IMG/VR virus record: IMGVR_UViG_3300020040_000048
Span: 1 to 5,599 of that record
Direction: 5' to 3' (one strand)
DNA from: a virus
Length of the DNA stretch: 5,599 nt
Below the pieces are notes generated by a model. It was not told where the DNA came from. It made no database searches and saw only the letters and a program-made list of their open reading frames with translations. Shown one piece after another: positions 4,446 through 5,599 of this stretch (position 1 is the stretch's first letter; every line of letters starts with the position of its first letter). The position numbers and the translations under genes are program-made.

Positions 4446-5599
4446 CTAAAGGCGTCTTCCACCTGTAGGCACGGTCTCAATGTGTGTATTATGAGGGTCA
4501 CCAAGCGTCGGAATGGTGTAGGCTGAAAGAACGGAAGTTTTGCGATACTGGAAGAAAATATCTGCCCAAGCGCCATAATCAGACGCAACAGCAGTAGAAG
4601 AAGCGGCAACGTCGTCAAGATAGTTAACAGGAATCTCCAAGAAAGAAGCACCAAGAGCAGTATTAGGAAGAGTACCAAAAGAACGCTTAAGAGCGAAAGC
4701 CGAAAGCGATTGACCATCGCAAAGACCACCGTGAACCTCATCTTCCATGAATTTGTATTCAGCAAAACGCTGAGTATAACCAAAGGTTGCCATATCTCCC
4801 ATTGTATCGCCGTCAACACCAACATTAGCCAACTCAGCCTTATAAATAGGCTGATCACCGACACCCTGAAGTAGAGGGAATGCAAAATCGCCAATCTGCA
4901 AACGGAAGAAATCACGGTTAACACCAGTTGAATAAACCGCATCAGGAACAATAGAACCGATAATCATAAGGTAACCGAATTCTGTAACAGAAAAGTCACC
5001 AACAAGAGATGATTTATCAGAACCAATAGGAGAAGAATATTTTGCGCCAACAGTGGTAAAAGGATTAGAAGACGAAGCAACAGAACCATCAACACCGGTA
5101 GTCTGATATACAGAATGATTGTAGATAACACTTGAAGAACTACCTAAATAGATAGCACGCTGTGTAACGGCGTCGGCAGGCATAACACCAAAATGAGCCT
5201 TGATCTGATCAGCATAACGGTTGCCAGCAATATTATTTCGCTCTAACCACATCTGCAAAGAATTGGCAGCACGAAGGGAAGAAATAGTAAAACTACCACT
5301 ATCATTGGCAACATCGAAAGACAAAGAGGCACCATTGCCAGCCTGTGGAAGAGGTGTAGCATTAGTGAAATAATCACGAGCCCAATTTCTTTGACGAAGG
5401 GTAAATAAATCAACACCATCTGCAAACTGGATACCGAAATCATTATAGCTGATGCCAGAAGAGCCAGAATTAAACTGCCAAGGAAGATAACGCACTGACA
5501 AAGCACCAGCAGACGTAGGAGTAGTTTCACCAAACAAGGGGGTCTGGATACGGCTATCTCTATACCAGTCATCATAAATCTTGTGATAAGCCATAAACC
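4446..5599 (-). CDS. VP1: Major capsid protein VP1, 3'/C-terminal part. The last 121 nt of the window duplicate 1-121.
   Basis: The frame is open from the window edge to TAG at 4446-4448. The track ORF begins at an internal Met (MAYHKIYDDWYRD...), which is residue 151 of the full protein. The composition, rich in Gly, Ser, Thr and aromatic residues, fits a jelly-roll capsid, for example FGYTQRFAEYKF...ADIFFQYRK. Confidence 0.9.
   Translation of the reverse strand, partial: FMAYHKIYDDWYRDSRIQTPLFGETTPTSAGALSVRYLPWQFNSGSSGISYNDFGIQFADGVDLFTLRQRNWARDYFTNATPLPQAGNGASLSFDVANDSGSFTISSLRAANSLQMWLERNNIAGNRYADQIKAHFGVMPADAVTQRAIYLGSSSSVIYNHSVYQTTGVDGSVASSSNPFTTVGAKYSSPIGSDKSSLVGDFSVTEFGYLMIIGSIVPDAVYSTGVNRDFFRLQIGDFAFPLLQGVGDQPIYKAELANVGVDGDTMGDMATFGYTQRFAEYKFMEDEVHGGLCDGQSLSAFALKRSFGTLPNTALGASFLEIPVNYLDDVAASSTAVASDYGAWADIFFQYRKTSVLSAYTIPTLGDPHNTHIETVPTGGRRL
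5479..5599. repeat. Terminal direct repeat, copy 2 (identical to 1-121)
   Basis: See copy 1. All 121 nt are identical. Confidence 0.97.

Noticed and set aside
4433-4951. A 172-aa, extremely Leu/Phe/Val-rich ORF embedded in VP1. With 5243..5575 (110 aa, same frame) it could be read as a phiX174 E-like overprinted lysis gene.
   Set aside because: Both ORFs lie in the +1 frame of VP1. VP1 codons appear strongly T-ending, which puts T at the middle position of +1-frame codons. That yields hydrophobic residues and few stop codons, so openness and hydrophobicity follow from composition. There is no independent start context. An overprinted gene cannot be excluded without comparative data, since protein E also arose in a +1 frame.

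Overview
This window is a complete, circularly permuted genome of a small ssDNA phage of the family Microviridae, shown as the reverse complement of the coding (packaged) strand. Bases 1-121 are identical to 5479-5599. The unit genome is therefore 5,478 nt, and the window break falls inside the major capsid gene. Every gene I can support is on the minus strand. In transcription order they are: VP1 major capsid (566->1, continuing 5478->4446; 1599 nt, 532 aa), a hairpin, a small acidic protein with a poly-Ala tail, a 13-bp hairpin, VP2 DNA-pilot protein (335 aa), a 31-codon hydrophobic mini-ORF, a 133-aa protein with a lipoprotein-type signal and a very GC-rich 3' half, tandem hairpins with a T8 terminator, a ~290-nt AT-rich intergenic region, two overlapping ~90-aa ORFs of unknown function, and the VP4 HUH rolling-circle replication initiator (324 aa). 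Family and core-gene calls rest on motif recognition only, because no search was possible. I recognised no VP3, VP5 or J-like genes. The non-canonical content lies between VP1 and VP4. The items most worth follow-up are: (a) the intergenic hairpin whose loop reads ACTTGATA on the viral strand, matching the phiX174 origin nick core as I recall it; (b) the lipobox-bearing accessory protein; (c) its roughly 75% GC island with a double-NotI hairpin; (d) the unannotated 31-aa membrane mini-ORF. No tRNA, CRISPR, integrase or transposase signal was seen.
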